DNA from: a virus
DNA length: 64,000 bases
Direction: 5' to 3' (one strand)
Virus record (IMG/VR): IMGVR_UViG_3300001102_000006
The notes under the pieces are model-generated. The model ran no database searches, was not told the DNA's origin, and saw nothing but the letters and a program-made list of their open reading frames with translations. This document shows, in pieces, positions 19,966 to 30,295 of this stretch (position 1 is its first letter; the number at the start of each line of letters is the position of its first letter). A program made the position numbers and the translations under genes.

Positions 19966-21113
19966 CTATTGCGAATTCATGAGGATGTCAAGGGCCTGCG
20001 TTGCGTGTGGCCTAAAAGCCGCTTTACCGGCGTCAGTGTAGGGTAGATGCAACATCGTCGTCGCTGTACCGTCGCCCTTCAAGTTGTACTTGACGGAGAA
20101 CTGATCGTGCTTTGGTGCGCCTTTTACGGTCACAGCGATGTTTGCGCTACTAACCTTGGGTTCTTCCCCATTCCAATTGATCCAGCAATGTGAATTGTCG
20201 TCAACAAATATTGGGTCCAAAACGTATTGTTCCGCAATTCCTTTGAGCTTCTGGAACATGCGATACTTAATTAGCGGCTCTCTTTCTTTCTTAGATTGCC
20301 ATTCTTTCTTACATTCGTCAGAACAGAATCCCGCCCCAAAGAAAGTGCCGCAAGGCGTTTTGTTTTCGTATTCTTCTTCGTCTTCATACATCTCGGAATT
20401 AACACGAACGCCACAATTCGTGCAATCAGTCCACCAGCCCATCCAAATCATTTCCGCCATCGGAATAGGCTTGCCTTGATAAACATCTAAAGAAGGCTCC
20501 CGGCGGACACGTAATCCGCCGAATTCACCGTCTGTCAATTCACCTGCCGCAATACGGCGCGCTTCGACATTACTATCGGCGTAAACGACAGTTCCCGAAT
20601 ATTCTCCCGAAAGTTCCTCAACGGCTGTGTATGCTTTCATCACCATCTCCGCGCCATTTTCAATTCGTATTCATCAATAATATACGAAACATCGACGGCT
20701 GGGATATGCAGCGAGAAACGATAGTTCTGTGAAAACAATTCCTCCATCCAGCGCATCTCAATTGCACCTTGTTGTTGAATACGAGCAAAAGGCCAAGCAC
20801 CGTTGAATATGTCCTCAGATACACGTCCAATGGCTGCGGACCATGGTGGGGACCCAAACATATCCGCAATGGGGCGGTGCATCTCACGCGCTGCGTGTGC
20901 AGCGGACTTATCTATCAAATGCTTCATGTAGTCCGAAGGTGCCTCAATGGCCACGCTTCGAGACCGGTGGCGCAGATTGTCATTTTCCGCCTCAAGCCGC
21001 GCTACACGGCGTTTTTCATCGCTCTGTTCTTTTGCTTCACGAGCTTGTCGAAGCTGCTGAGCTTTGCGAAAGTTCTTTTGAATTTTCTCTTGTTTTGCAG
21101 CATTCGAAAGCAT
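19966..21113 (-). CDS. Two hypothetical ORFs (19966-20646 with CxxC pairs; 20640-21113)
   Basis: Overlapping stop/start. Confidence 0.55.
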
Positions 21114-21884
21114 GTTATTCCTCTTTGTCGTCAGAAATTGAAAAGACTGCGGGTTGCCCCGTGCGTACGCATGTGCGCAGACCAGCGATTATTTGCTCCG
21201 TACGCATGCGTTCAACGTGTCGCGCAATGCTGTCAGGCATTGCGTATGACGCTTCTGCAAGTCGCCCACTTTGGACGAATTGTTCCAGCAAATCTGCCAA
21301 CGCCCCCGCGTCAGCGGGCATGATGACGCCATCATCGCTCATGTGAAACAGCATGACCAGCAAGGGATCATCAGGCGTTTTGTTCCAGCGCCCCATTGCG
21401 TTGTCTTCGGTCAGCCCTTCTAACGGCAGAATCGGTGCCTCAAAAGAAACTCCATCTACTGTCTGCAACTCCATTGTGTATCCGGCAGCGCGCGCGACAA
21501 GTGCTCGCCATTGCAGGAACGCCATCGGGCTTCCCGTATCAGCAGTCCAGCACCCGTTTGAAATCTCAAGCTGGGCCATGTGCATCATACCAATCGTGAA
21601 GAACGCCAACCCAATCGATGCCGGTGCCATCAAGGTAATGCTCAGCGTTGGCAAATGCCCACTTGTGAAATGCCTGTTGCTGATCGGCGTCAAGTTCTGC
21701 GTATTCTTGCTCAACAATCAGCGTATCGCAAATATCTTCGAGAACGTCTTGCTGTGCTCCATATCGGTTCGCAAGGGTTTTTGTCAGTTCGGGCATGGTG
21801 GACCTCCTTTTGATTCGCTCTTGTTCAACGTAACAGGCTTGCCTGCATACTGCAACGGAAAAGGGCCTCCGCAGAGGCCCCAAA

Positions 21885-22604
21885 TCACTGAACGATTTCG
21901 TCTTCTTTGGCCACCATCGCCTGTAAGTCTTGACGTTGATCGGGTTCTTTGAGGCAGTAACCCCGCCCCCACACAGTGGAAATCAAACCGTCCGCGCCTG
22001 CTTCTGCGAGTTTTTTGCGCAGTTTACAGACAAAAACGTCCACAATTTTGACTTCGGGTTCATCCATGCCACCATACAAATGGTTCAGGAAGTGTTCTTT
22101 TGTGAGCGTAGTGCCTTTGCGCAGCGAAAGAAGTTCGACCATGCCGTATTCTTTGCCGGTCAGGTGTACCGGAGCGCCATACACGGTCGCGCTCTTTGCA
22201 TCCAGATCAACGACAAGGGGTCCGGTCTCGATTGTGGCGGATGAATGTCCTTTCGACCGGCGTACAACCGCCGTAAGTCGAGCAAAAAGCTCCACACGAT
22301 GGAAGGGAAGACCCATAACATCGTCAGCGCCTTCGGACAGAAGGGCGGCTGTTTCATCCGGATCGACAACGTTAACAAGGCACACGACTGGCGTGTGGAT
22401 GCGTGAGTTGCGTAGCCGGGTCAAAGTTTCTCGGGAGCCAAAAACGCCCAAGTTCATCAAGATCACATCATAGTCATATAGCGATGCCAGATCAAACGCT
22501 TCGTCAGCGGCGTCGGCAATGTACGGATTGAACCCCTTGCTGGACAAGGACATTTCAAGCAGGTTCGCCCGAGCAAGATTGTTTTCTACAACGAGGATTC
22601 GCAT
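21885..22604 (-). CDS. ctrA: CtrA homologue with a degenerate (non-phosphorylatable) receiver domain
   Basis: C-terminal HLTGKEY.M.ELLSLRKGTTLTKE.FLNHLYGGMDEPE.KI.DVF.CKLRKKL...TVWGRGY is nearly identical to CtrA; receiver has ENN for EDD, N at the D51 position and GLPF for TKPF. Confidence 0.93.
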   Translation of the reverse strand: MRILVVENNLARANLLEMSLSSKGFNPYIADAADEAFDLASLYDYDVILMNLGVFGSRETLTRLRNSRIHTPVVCLVNVVDPDETAALLSEGADDVMGLPFHRVELFARLTAVVRRSKGHSSATIETGPLVVDLDAKSATVYGAPVHLTGKEYGMVELLSLRKGTTLTKEHFLNHLYGGMDEPEVKIVDVFVCKLRKKLAEAGADGLISTVWGRGYCLKEPDQRQDLQAMVAKEDEIVQ

Positions 22605-22654
22605 TGTCTTCTCCTAGATATTTCAAGGGGGTGTAACTCAGTTTCTGCGTCTTG

Positions 22655-22669
22655 TCAAGCTCTTTTTAA
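22655..22669 (-). promoter_or_regulatory. Near-consensus CtrA box (TTAA-N7-TTGA) overlapping the -35 of the ctrA-like gene
   Basis: Minus strand GGTTAAAAAGAGCTTGACA. Confidence 0.5.
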
Positions 22670-23071
22670 CCTATCAAGTTCTCGAACTTCATCGACAATG
22701 CTTTGGACAAGGTAGTCAACCATGTAGGCCAGCGTCTCGTCGGCTTCACGGTTTACCGGCACCCCCAATGATTCACATATGGCTCCGGCGACATGCACAC
22801 TCTCGTGCGCCACAATCCCAATTCGTGGATTGGGCTGATTGAACAGAATGTAAAAGTAGGGAAGACCAGCGTCATTAAATATGGCACCGGCTTCCGCGTT
22901 AGCGGTGTCACTGAAATCTTCATCATCCAAGCGAATAGAGAAATTCTTTTTCGCGTAGCGAACAAAGTCTTTCCGAGAAAAGAAAACACCAACATCTGTT
23001 TTGAAGACATCAAGTGTAATCCCGAAAAGAGGTGCCTCGGGCTTTTTGAGTTTCAGGGCGTGTGTGCTCAT
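22655..23071 (-). CDS. Hypothetical protein with HExxH motif
   Basis: IVAHESVHVAG...EADETLAY. Confidence 0.55.
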   Translation of the reverse strand: MSTHALKLKKPEAPLFGITLDVFKTDVGVFFSRKDFVRYAKKNFSIRLDDEDFSDTANAEAGAIFNDAGLPYFYILFNQPNPRIGIVAHESVHVAGAICESLGVPVNREADETLAYMVDYLVQSIVDEVRELDRLKRA

Positions 23072-23203
23072 CGAATTTGAAGTCCACCCAGACACGAACG
23101 TGTGTACGTATCCCAGTGTCCTCCTTCAATCTCACATTTCAGGATGTACGCCGAACTGATGACGAACATCAGCAGGCACACAATTCCAAGTGCGTACCAA
23201 AAC

Positions 23204-24538
23204 TCACGCATTAGTATATACACGTGCTGCCGTTTGGGCGTAGATCGTCGCCAAGGCGAACACCTCTGCACGTTGGCTGGGGTTGATATTGTCTTCCATA
23301 TCCATTTGAAGGCGCGTTGCCGCGTGACGCATTGCTGCATCGGTGATCTCGGCGGCTGTGTCGCAGGCGCGCTGCATTTTGGTTTTGTGCTCAGATGCCA
23401 TGTCTATCTCCTAATGTCGTGGCCACATGAGAAGGACACGTGGTGAATTTTCCTGTGTCTCTGCCCATTCATCGTCAGTCATGTCCGCGTCAGCGGCGTC
23501 CCAGTTTGGGTCGTAAATATCCTCGGCGTCTTCGACACGAATGCCAATATCCGCACCCTCTGCCACACTGTATCCGTTGCCCTCCGGGTCTTTTTGCATC
23601 CAAACCTCCATATCATCAGGAAGTTGAGAAAGGACGGCTTTTAGCTGGGCAACGTTCATGTGGGTCTCCTTCAATGGTTCAGTGTATTTACGACGATTCG
23701 CGCGTCAGGTCAAGGGCGGTGCATACCTGTCCATTTCCGCTTGCGCGGCTTCAAGACGTTCTTTTGCCCGATCAAACCGGCGCACGCGCTCAAGTTCTGC
23801 AACCGCTTCCATCTCCGCCTTGGCTGCGGCAGAAATATTCAGGTGAGGCCAACGCTTGAACCACGCAATTTCATCCGATGTCGTCATAGACGGCTGCCCG
23901 TTGAACATGGAAGAAACGTGCGCCTTCATAGCGTGTTCATCGGCAAAGATCATGATGTCTTCATCGCCATCATCATATTTTCCCTGATAGTGCCATTGCG
24001 TGGCGTCGTGACGGTTGGACTTCAATTCAATATCAAACGGATTGCACGAGTGTGGAATGCCGGGACCTGTGGAAAGAACAAACGTGGGGTCTTCCCCAAT
24101 CAGGCGCTTGAAGTCGCGGACCCACTGGAACCGGCGTTCCAAAGCGCGGGCTTCCCCTTCAATTTCCTTGCGCATAGTTTCCATGTTTTGCTCTGTAACA
24201 CGCAGTTCCGTTCGCGCTGCGCCGATCTGCGAATTCAATTCGTCCAGCGCGGATTTTTTCTCCGCAACTGCTGCGGCGGTTTCGGCGTGTATTTTCCGCA
24301 CCCACGGTGTGCGTGACAGCTTAGCCAGCGGGATAGGGATCATATGATCTGCGACTTCTTCGTGCTCATCGAAGTCATCGCCGTGGTAGCTTGTGGTTTG
24401 GATAATAATGATTGGTGACACATACCCATGCTCACCTGCACGGTGGTCAAAGTAGTAATTGGTGCCATCCTGCGTGTAAACCGTATCACCTTTTTGGAAG
24501 TCGCGGTTGACAGCTTCGCCATTTGGAAACGTGCTCAT
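23204..24538 (-). CDS. Hypothetical ORFs (23204-23401, 23411-23659, 23705-24538 coiled-coil)
   Basis: RBS-preceded ORFs. Confidence 0.55.
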
Positions 24539-24671
24539 TTGTTTGTTCTCCTTTCGGTCCTTCCGCGTCTGCCATAACACATCCAGCATGGCTTAAACGT
24601 CAGAGGTTGTATTGTTTTGATGTGGCATCCCGTTCCATGGCAGGCCCAGCAAATTGAAACCACATACTCTT

Positions 24672-25124
24672 TCATATGCGTTCGCCACCGGGTTTCAATC
24701 GTACCGGGGCATCCGCCGGATCACAAGGATGATGTCCATGTGTGGCAAAATACTTGTCCCGCTTGATCAATTTGTTCTTCACCCAGAAGCCCCAGCGTCG
24801 GCGGGGTCGTCCTGCAAGCAAGATTGTAATTGTTCCCGGAACCACGTCGATGACGGCGTGTCGATAGCTGGCGGGGCGATATCGTATTGCCCCCGGTCCC
24901 AATCGAGCGTCCCCGTTTTCTGATCTATCGGTATAACCGCCTTTGACGACGAACGTCCAGAACCATTGGGGGTGGTCATGCATATGCCGAGCATCGTCGT
25001 CGGCGTGCCACTCGTGAACCCGCAAGGTCCAGCCGTTTCGAAATCCAAAAACACTTCTGTGAAAATACGGGCATTCTGACAGTCCACCGGGTTGCCTCCA
25101 TAGAAAAACAAAAGGGTTACGCAT
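24672..25124 (-). CDS. Cupin-fold protein
   Basis: RVHEWH..DD.RHMHDHPQWF...KGGY, RPASYRH. Confidence 0.7.
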   Translation of the reverse strand: MRNPFVFLWRQPGGLSECPYFHRSVFGFRNGWTLRVHEWHADDDARHMHDHPQWFWTFVVKGGYTDRSENGDARLGPGAIRYRPASYRHAVIDVVPGTITILLAGRPRRRWGFWVKNKLIKRDKYFATHGHHPCDPADAPVRLKPGGERI

Positions 25125-25596
25125 AGTGATCACAGCGCTTGCACTGATCGAGAACATCTTGGCGTGCCAACATCCCATCAGTGGCAGTATTCTGGTCTCG
25201 GCAAAGTACCCATTCAGAAAGGCCGTAGCGGTTTTCTTCGAACACATACATCTGCACATGCCGACCGGTGCTGCCTTCTTCAACCGGATAGCTCAAAAGA
25301 AAGCGTTGTGAAAGAACTTCCCATGCAGTTTCAGCATCAACAAACCAGCCCTCGAAATGCCCACGCAAGCAATTCCCAAGACGGAACTGCGTATCTTCTG
25401 GCTCCCATGCCACAGACATTTCAGTATAGCCACGCGGTGCTTCGGGTAGGGCCAACTTGAGAACATGCGTCATGCCCAGATCGACATCCCCGTCATACTT
25501 ACGTATGCCCAAGATGCGCGCCTCGTGTTGTCCGGCGGGCTTGCCATCATTTGTGTCCCACCAAACGGGCCATAAATCTCCTACTTTCGGGTACAT
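25117..25596 (-). CDS. Hypothetical protein
   Basis: AGGAG RBS before MYPKV. Confidence 0.55.
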   Translation of the reverse strand: MYPKVGDLWPVWWDTNDGKPAGQHEARILGIRKYDGDVDLGMTHVLKLALPEAPRGYTEMSVAWEPEDTQFRLGNCLRGHFEGWFVDAETAWEVLSQRFLLSYPVEEGSTGRHVQMYVFEENRYGLSEWVLCRDQNTATDGMLARQDVLDQCKRCDHYA

Positions 25597-25649
25597 GCGG
25601 GTCTCCTTGTTCTGATTTACCTGCACCTTACATTCGAGATAATGATTCG

Positions 25650-25940
25650 TCAAGGACGAAATGGCATCAATCCACTGACCACAAACTGAGGCATATCATC
25701 GATCCAGATGTCCACTTCTTCGCCTTCCAGCTTCGCCATCTCCTGCTTGCTGCGTCGTGCGCAATAGATCACACGGTCACACAGGCGGTGATATCGTTGG
25801 TCTTCAATAGGTTCTTCGGCATACCGAAAGGTCGTGCCTATGATTCGAAAGCCTTTTCGTTTTAGCAGCGACATAGCTCCGAACCATGCATCCGGATCAG
25901 TCGTGAAAGTATCGTCATAGTCCAGTCCAATTGTGTGCAT
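25650..25940 (-). CDS. Small HAD-superfamily protein
   Basis: GLDYDDT motif I and IWIDD motif IV. Confidence 0.7.
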   Translation of the reverse strand: MHTIGLDYDDTFTTDPDAWFGAMSLLKRKGFRIIGTTFRYAEEPIEDQRYHRLCDRVIYCARRSKQEMAKLEGEEVDIWIDDMPQFVVSGLMPFRP

Positions 25941-25944
25941 CAAT

Positions 25945-26463
25945 TCACTTCCACCAATGTACAGGCCCCGCCTGTATGATTCCACAGGGAAGGTCTTGCC
26001 CACCCATTTCAAACTTGTCCTCGACACGCTCATATGAGGGCCACAGAGACAGGTCAACGTTCTGTTCCTGCACCAGTGCCACAACCGTGCCGCCATGCCT
26101 CAGAAAGCGCTGTGCGTGCTGTATGTGGTCATCTGAGCGCGCAGGTGGGCACATGATCACCGCATCAAACATCGGAAGCTCCGCCGGGACATTCCGCCCA
26201 GCGCCATCAGGTTTCCACGGCTTGATGTCCAAAAAGTTTCTACGATAAGTGCGTTCACAGTCGTGCGCTTGCAACTCGCGATGCAGGTCCGCATTCAATT
26301 CAATCGAAATGACGCGTCGTGTGAATTCGTAGATCACTTTGACCATGCCACCAGAGCCTGCGCTGGGTTCGAGGACACGCATATCGGGGCGGATGCCTGC
26401 CATCTCGCACATCCGGCGCGTCAAGTGTTCAGGTGCCCGCGTAGCGGGGAGCGATCTTGTCAT
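25945..26463 (-). CDS. Class I SAM-dependent methyltransferase
   Basis: VLEPSAGSGG, IELN, NFL, FDAVIMCPP. Confidence 0.75.
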   Translation of the reverse strand: MTRSLPATRAPEHLTRRMCEMAGIRPDMRVLEPSAGSGGMVKVIYEFTRRVISIELNADLHRELQAHDCERTYRRNFLDIKPWKPDGAGRNVPAELPMFDAVIMCPPARSDDHIQHAQRFLRHGGTVVALVQEQNVDLSLWPSYERVEDKFEMGGQDLPCGIIQAGPVHWWK

Positions 26464-27095
26464 GTGAAGACTCCCAATTGCGTGAGAAGTGTAAGCGCCG
26501 AATCCTGCTTTCGCCGCGTCGGTGCAAATGTTCTGCCCAGCGCTGTGTGGAGCGCCACTGCGTGGCGGACCTGTGCCAGTGTGGGAGGCACATCACCTTT
26601 TGCCACATTGCACGGCACGCATGCGGGCATGGTGTTGTTTTCGAGAGAATATCCCTCAGATTTTGGGAAGACGTGATCTCGTGTCGTCTGGCTAAACGGA
26701 ACTTTCTTGCCGCAAAGGTAGCAGCACTTATTATTTCCTACCCAGAGAATGTGGAGATTTAATCGTTTGTTGATCGAGCGCTTCTGCGTGCGTCGAGTCG
26801 TCTTGCCTAGCCCATTGCGAAGTTGCTTGGCATGCTCACAGATGCTGATGTAGATCGACTTCGGTATTGGAAATTGAACGGAAGGAAATAATTCCAGTAC
26901 GCCCTCTTTCGACAAATAGAAGTTTGCGGGGCGACCGATTGCAAAGGATGCAATCTCGTCCCAGTTAATGGTCCGCCGGGATAGATTCGAACTACCGACA
27001 CCCCGTGCTTCATAAGAAGGCTCGCTTGCGGCGCTATTGTCAGTCGTGCTTTGTACTCCGACCATGGTACCAGAACTAGCTAAGGACGTTCCCAT
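26460..27095 (-). CDS. HNH endonuclease; its start lies inside the tRNA-Phe insertion
   Basis: CCYLCG, TRDHVFPKSEG, NTMPACVPCNVAKG; GGAGG RBS 8 nt before the ATG at 27095. Confidence 0.8.
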   Translation of the reverse strand: MGTSLASSGTMVGVQSTTDNSAASEPSYEARGVGSSNLSRRTINWDEIASFAIGRPANFYLSKEGVLELFPSVQFPIPKSIYISICEHAKQLRNGLGKTTRRTQKRSINKRLNLHILWVGNNKCCYLCGKKVPFSQTTRDHVFPKSEGYSLENNTMPACVPCNVAKGDVPPTLAQVRHAVALHTALGRTFAPTRRKQDSALTLLTQLGVFT

Positions 27096-27202
27096 GATTG
27101 TTTCCTCCACATTTCTTATCGTTGCGCAGACCCGACGCTAATCAGACCCTTTTTCACAAACTCCATTTCTAACGGGTGCTCTACCAACTGAGCTACCGGC
27201 GG
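26969..27202 (-). tRNA. tRNA-Phe(GAA) interrupted by a 158-nt insertion in the anticodon loop (exons 27202-27171 and 27012-26969)
   Basis: 5' CCGCCGG-TA-GCTC-AGTTGGTA-GAGC-A-CCCGT-T and 3' TGAAGC-ACGGG-GTGTC-GGTAG-TTCGAAT-CTATC-CCGGCGG-A-CCA; 32+44=76 nt with all stems pairing. Confidence 0.88.
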
Positions 27203-27327
27203 ATATAGTAGGTTCACCCTCCGTGACGAACAAGCGCCCTGCCGAGTGTTGCCGTGAACCCTGTCCCAGTGATGGCAACGATCTGGGATGAGACTTACCT
27301 AAACGATGGTAAGTGATTCGTCAAGGG

Positions 27328-27804
27328 CTAAACACCCAAAACCGCAGAAAGTGTCGAAAAGCTTTTCGCATACTTTGCGTTCAGTCGTTCCCGACGCTCT
27401 GCATCCATGCCTGACTTGTCGCCGGACATGTTTGCCATGTTGTCGGCCCACTTCACCTTGATTGCGGCGCGGTTGCCGCTGGAAATGATGCGAAGAATGT
27501 TGCCCTCGTAGGTCAGTGAACGATCTTTTGTGAGCAGGCCAACAATTTCCGCCACGCTGTCACCAAACTGATCCGCAATGTCTTGCAAGGTGAATGGCGT
27601 GTCTTCGACAACATCGTGCAGCAGTGCCGCAATGATCTCATCTTCGGTCGCGTGGTTTGCGAACGGACCATTTGCCACCGTCTCCGCAACTTCCAGCGGG
27701 TGCGTGTAGTATGGGCGTGCGCCGTAACGCTGCTCACGGTGCGCGACAACACAGAATTCAAAAGCTTCGGCTACCCGTGGAATGCGTAAGAAAAGCTGCA
27801 TCAT
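27328..27804 (-). CDS. HD-domain RelA/SpoT-type (small alarmone) hydrolase
   Basis: H.EQRY...PYYTHPLEVA, AALLHDVVEDT, VKWADNMANM. Confidence 0.85.
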   Translation of the reverse strand: MMQLFLRIPRVAEAFEFCVVAHREQRYGARPYYTHPLEVAETVANGPFANHATEDEIIAALLHDVVEDTPFTLQDIADQFGDSVAEIVGLLTKDRSLTYEGNILRIISSGNRAAIKVKWADNMANMSGDKSGMDAERRERLNAKYAKSFSTLSAVLGV

Positions 27805-29629
27805 TCCACCTCCAAGGGAGCCGCACACTGGGCCATGCTGCCGTCAGGCATGTGTCGGTGTATCGGGACACCGCCCGCGCGCAGGCAGGCGTCTCTGTCG
27901 CGCTGCCACGCATTGTCGTGCGTCATTGCGTCAGACACCATCCACACCATACCGCCGACCAATACAACGATCACGAATATTGCAAAGGGGCGGGGATCAA
28001 GCATCTTCGTACTTTGCTTTGAGCCGCGCCAGTTCTGCCAGTTCCGCATCCATTGCAGCCTGTTTTTCGGCTTGGGTCATAGCGGATACGATGGCTTCCG
28101 CGTCAGTGCGTGCTTGGTCGATCCATGGCGGCATGACAAAAGTCATCTCAGCCTCAGATTTGAAGACTTCACCCGCATGTGCCCATGCTCGCCAAATGTC
28201 CCCGCTTTCCTCGCCGGAACCATCGAGTTGGAAGATAACACCGGGGTGATTCTTGCTCACCTGCGCTGCGTGATTTTCCCAGTCATACCACTTGGCCTCA
28301 TGAATCTCGAACGTGTTGTGTCCGGTCATGTCGACGCTATATCCAGACGTTTCAGCCAAATCTTTGGCCGCAGCTTGGGCGGCGGCGATGCTCTTGCTGG
28401 TCGCCTCGACTTCGAAATGTGTGTAATATCCCATGGGTTCCTCCTATGCAGGTTTCGCCATATTGGTATCCGATTCGCTTACGACAGTCAAGCCACTACT
28501 TACGTCCTTTGCAGACATAAGCATAGCCAACACCACGATTGGCGTGTTGATCACTTGCTCATATGTGAGGTTGAGGCGGCGGGCGAGTTCTTGAAAATGG
28601 CGTTCGGTGTGCTCTGGGTTGCGCATATTGATTCTCCTTTGTTGTTTCTAAGGAGAACATGGCACACAGATTTTAGCGGATCAAGAAACAGATACCTAAG
28701 ATTTTAATCCAAGGCATTCGATCACAAATTCGGGCCATTTGTTTTCGACGTAATCTTCTTCAAGATCGGTGTTCTGCCGCATCCAATTGCGCACTTGCAT
28801 CCCTTCCCGGAAATGAACAGGATGTCCAATGCCCGTAGTAGACGGAATTACCAAGGGAATTTCGCCGTATTCAATCCACCATTTGGAAAACAATTGTACA
28901 CCGTCTTCTCCCAACCATTGGACAAAATCTTTCTTTGTCTGTTCCTCAATTTGAGGCCAGTGCATGACTTTGTATTTCAGGTGGTCTCCGATCTGGGCGG
29001 CGGCAGCGCAATTCGCTTTGTCTTTGCCGTAAGTCGTAACGGATTCCCACCCGTCATCACCAACAACGCGACCAATGATAATTATCTGGTCGTAGCCATG
29101 GTCTTTGGCGACTTTCTCGGCGGCTGAAATAGGAATATCTTTCATTTGTAGGCCCAAATCCTTGCTTGTTTCTCCGGGCCTAAATCTTCTACGTAATTCA
29201 TGGCCTCGTTGAACGTGTAGGTTCCAATACCGGAATCATTCACGTCGATCACATAGCCCTGTGCGTTCGGACGCCAGAAGCCGTTCTCTGTGCGAATATG
29301 CACGAAAAGTTGTTGCTGCCACCAGATGGCGCGCTCACTGTCAGGATAGCGTTGAAAATAAGCGGGGCGGACCCAACAGAAGCCCTTCCACTCTCCAATC
29401 AGTGTGCGGCGGCTCATCGCTTGTCCCTCTTGAATACTGTGCAGTCAAGGCCCCCGTGTTCACACGTACACCCCATGCACCTTCCGGGTTCCCAACCGGG
29501 CTGTGCCGCCAGCCATCCAGAACGGAATGCATCCGCCAAGATGTTCGGCTCATTCGCGGGCATGCCATGACAGATCAGGGCAGATTGAATTTCAGGTGTG
29601 TTGAAATTCGGGTTGTTGTGCATACTCAT
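27801..29629 (-). CDS. Run of small hypothetical ORFs (27997-28434, 28444-28626, 28696-29145, 29142-29417, 29414-29629)
   Basis: Coupled ORFs with AGGAG RBS. Confidence 0.55.
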
Positions 29630-29656
29630 GGGTTCCTCCTGTTCTAGGATATAACC

Positions 29657-30295
29657 TTAATGCATGTATAACGACGATTCGTCAATACCATTCTTGTGAA
29701 TTTCTCCGTGCATCCAATGTGTGTCAGTCTGGACGTGATTGGGTCGCACAAACTTCGCAACACTCACGCCGAAGTCATCATAGTAAAATTCGTCTGCAAC
29801 ACGAACAACAAAACCCTCGTGCCCTTCTTCGTGTAGTGCCGCAATTTTAACCGGGTCCCACTGTCCATTATATAGAACCGGAACCGTGTCCATGTTCAGT
29901 CTAATGCACCAACCACGTGTATCTTTCCACGACAAACACACATTGTCAGGGTTCCACACAGAAATGAGCGGCAGATACGTGGATAGTTGCGTATAGGCGA
30001 TTGAATGTTGCGCATACAGATTCTCTGCGCAAACTCGATAGCCATTTTGAAGGAGATAAGAACGGCGTGTCCAATAGTTCTTGGCCCAATCTCGTGTCCA
30101 ATGCGTTCGCCCGTCTATGCTCCGGGCGTGCGTGCCGCCGTCAGAGTATCCCGTGAAGTTCTCGCCGTCCATTTTTCGTGTGACAACAACGCGTTTGCCG
30201 TCGAAATGTGACGTATCTTTTAGCACACGATCATCGTTCGTAGCTCCGGGGGAGGACGGCAAGTGTGGTGTGCGGGGATATTTATGTCGTTGCAT
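29657..30295 (-). CDS. Second RNA ligase (small Rnl2-like family)
   Basis: KYPRTPHLPSSPG, VTRKMDGEN, HARS, CAENLYAQHSI, HEGFVVR, AKFVR. Confidence 0.85.
   Translation of the reverse strand: MQRHKYPRTPHLPSSPGATNDDRVLKDTSHFDGKRVVVTRKMDGENFTGYSDGGTHARSIDGRTHWTRDWAKNYWTRRSYLLQNGYRVCAENLYAQHSIAYTQLSTYLPLISVWNPDNVCLSWKDTRGWCIRLNMDTVPVLYNGQWDPVKIAALHEEGHEGFVVRVADEFYYDDFGVSVAKFVRPNHVQTDTHWMHGEIHKNGIDESSLYMH

Noticed and set aside
27013-27170. Group I, group II or BHB identity for the tRNA-Phe insert
   Set aside because: Only 158 nt, no recognisable P7 core, no terminal G compatible with a 7-nt loop, no GUGYG start, and only partial end pairing rather than 3-4-3 bulge-helix-bulge.
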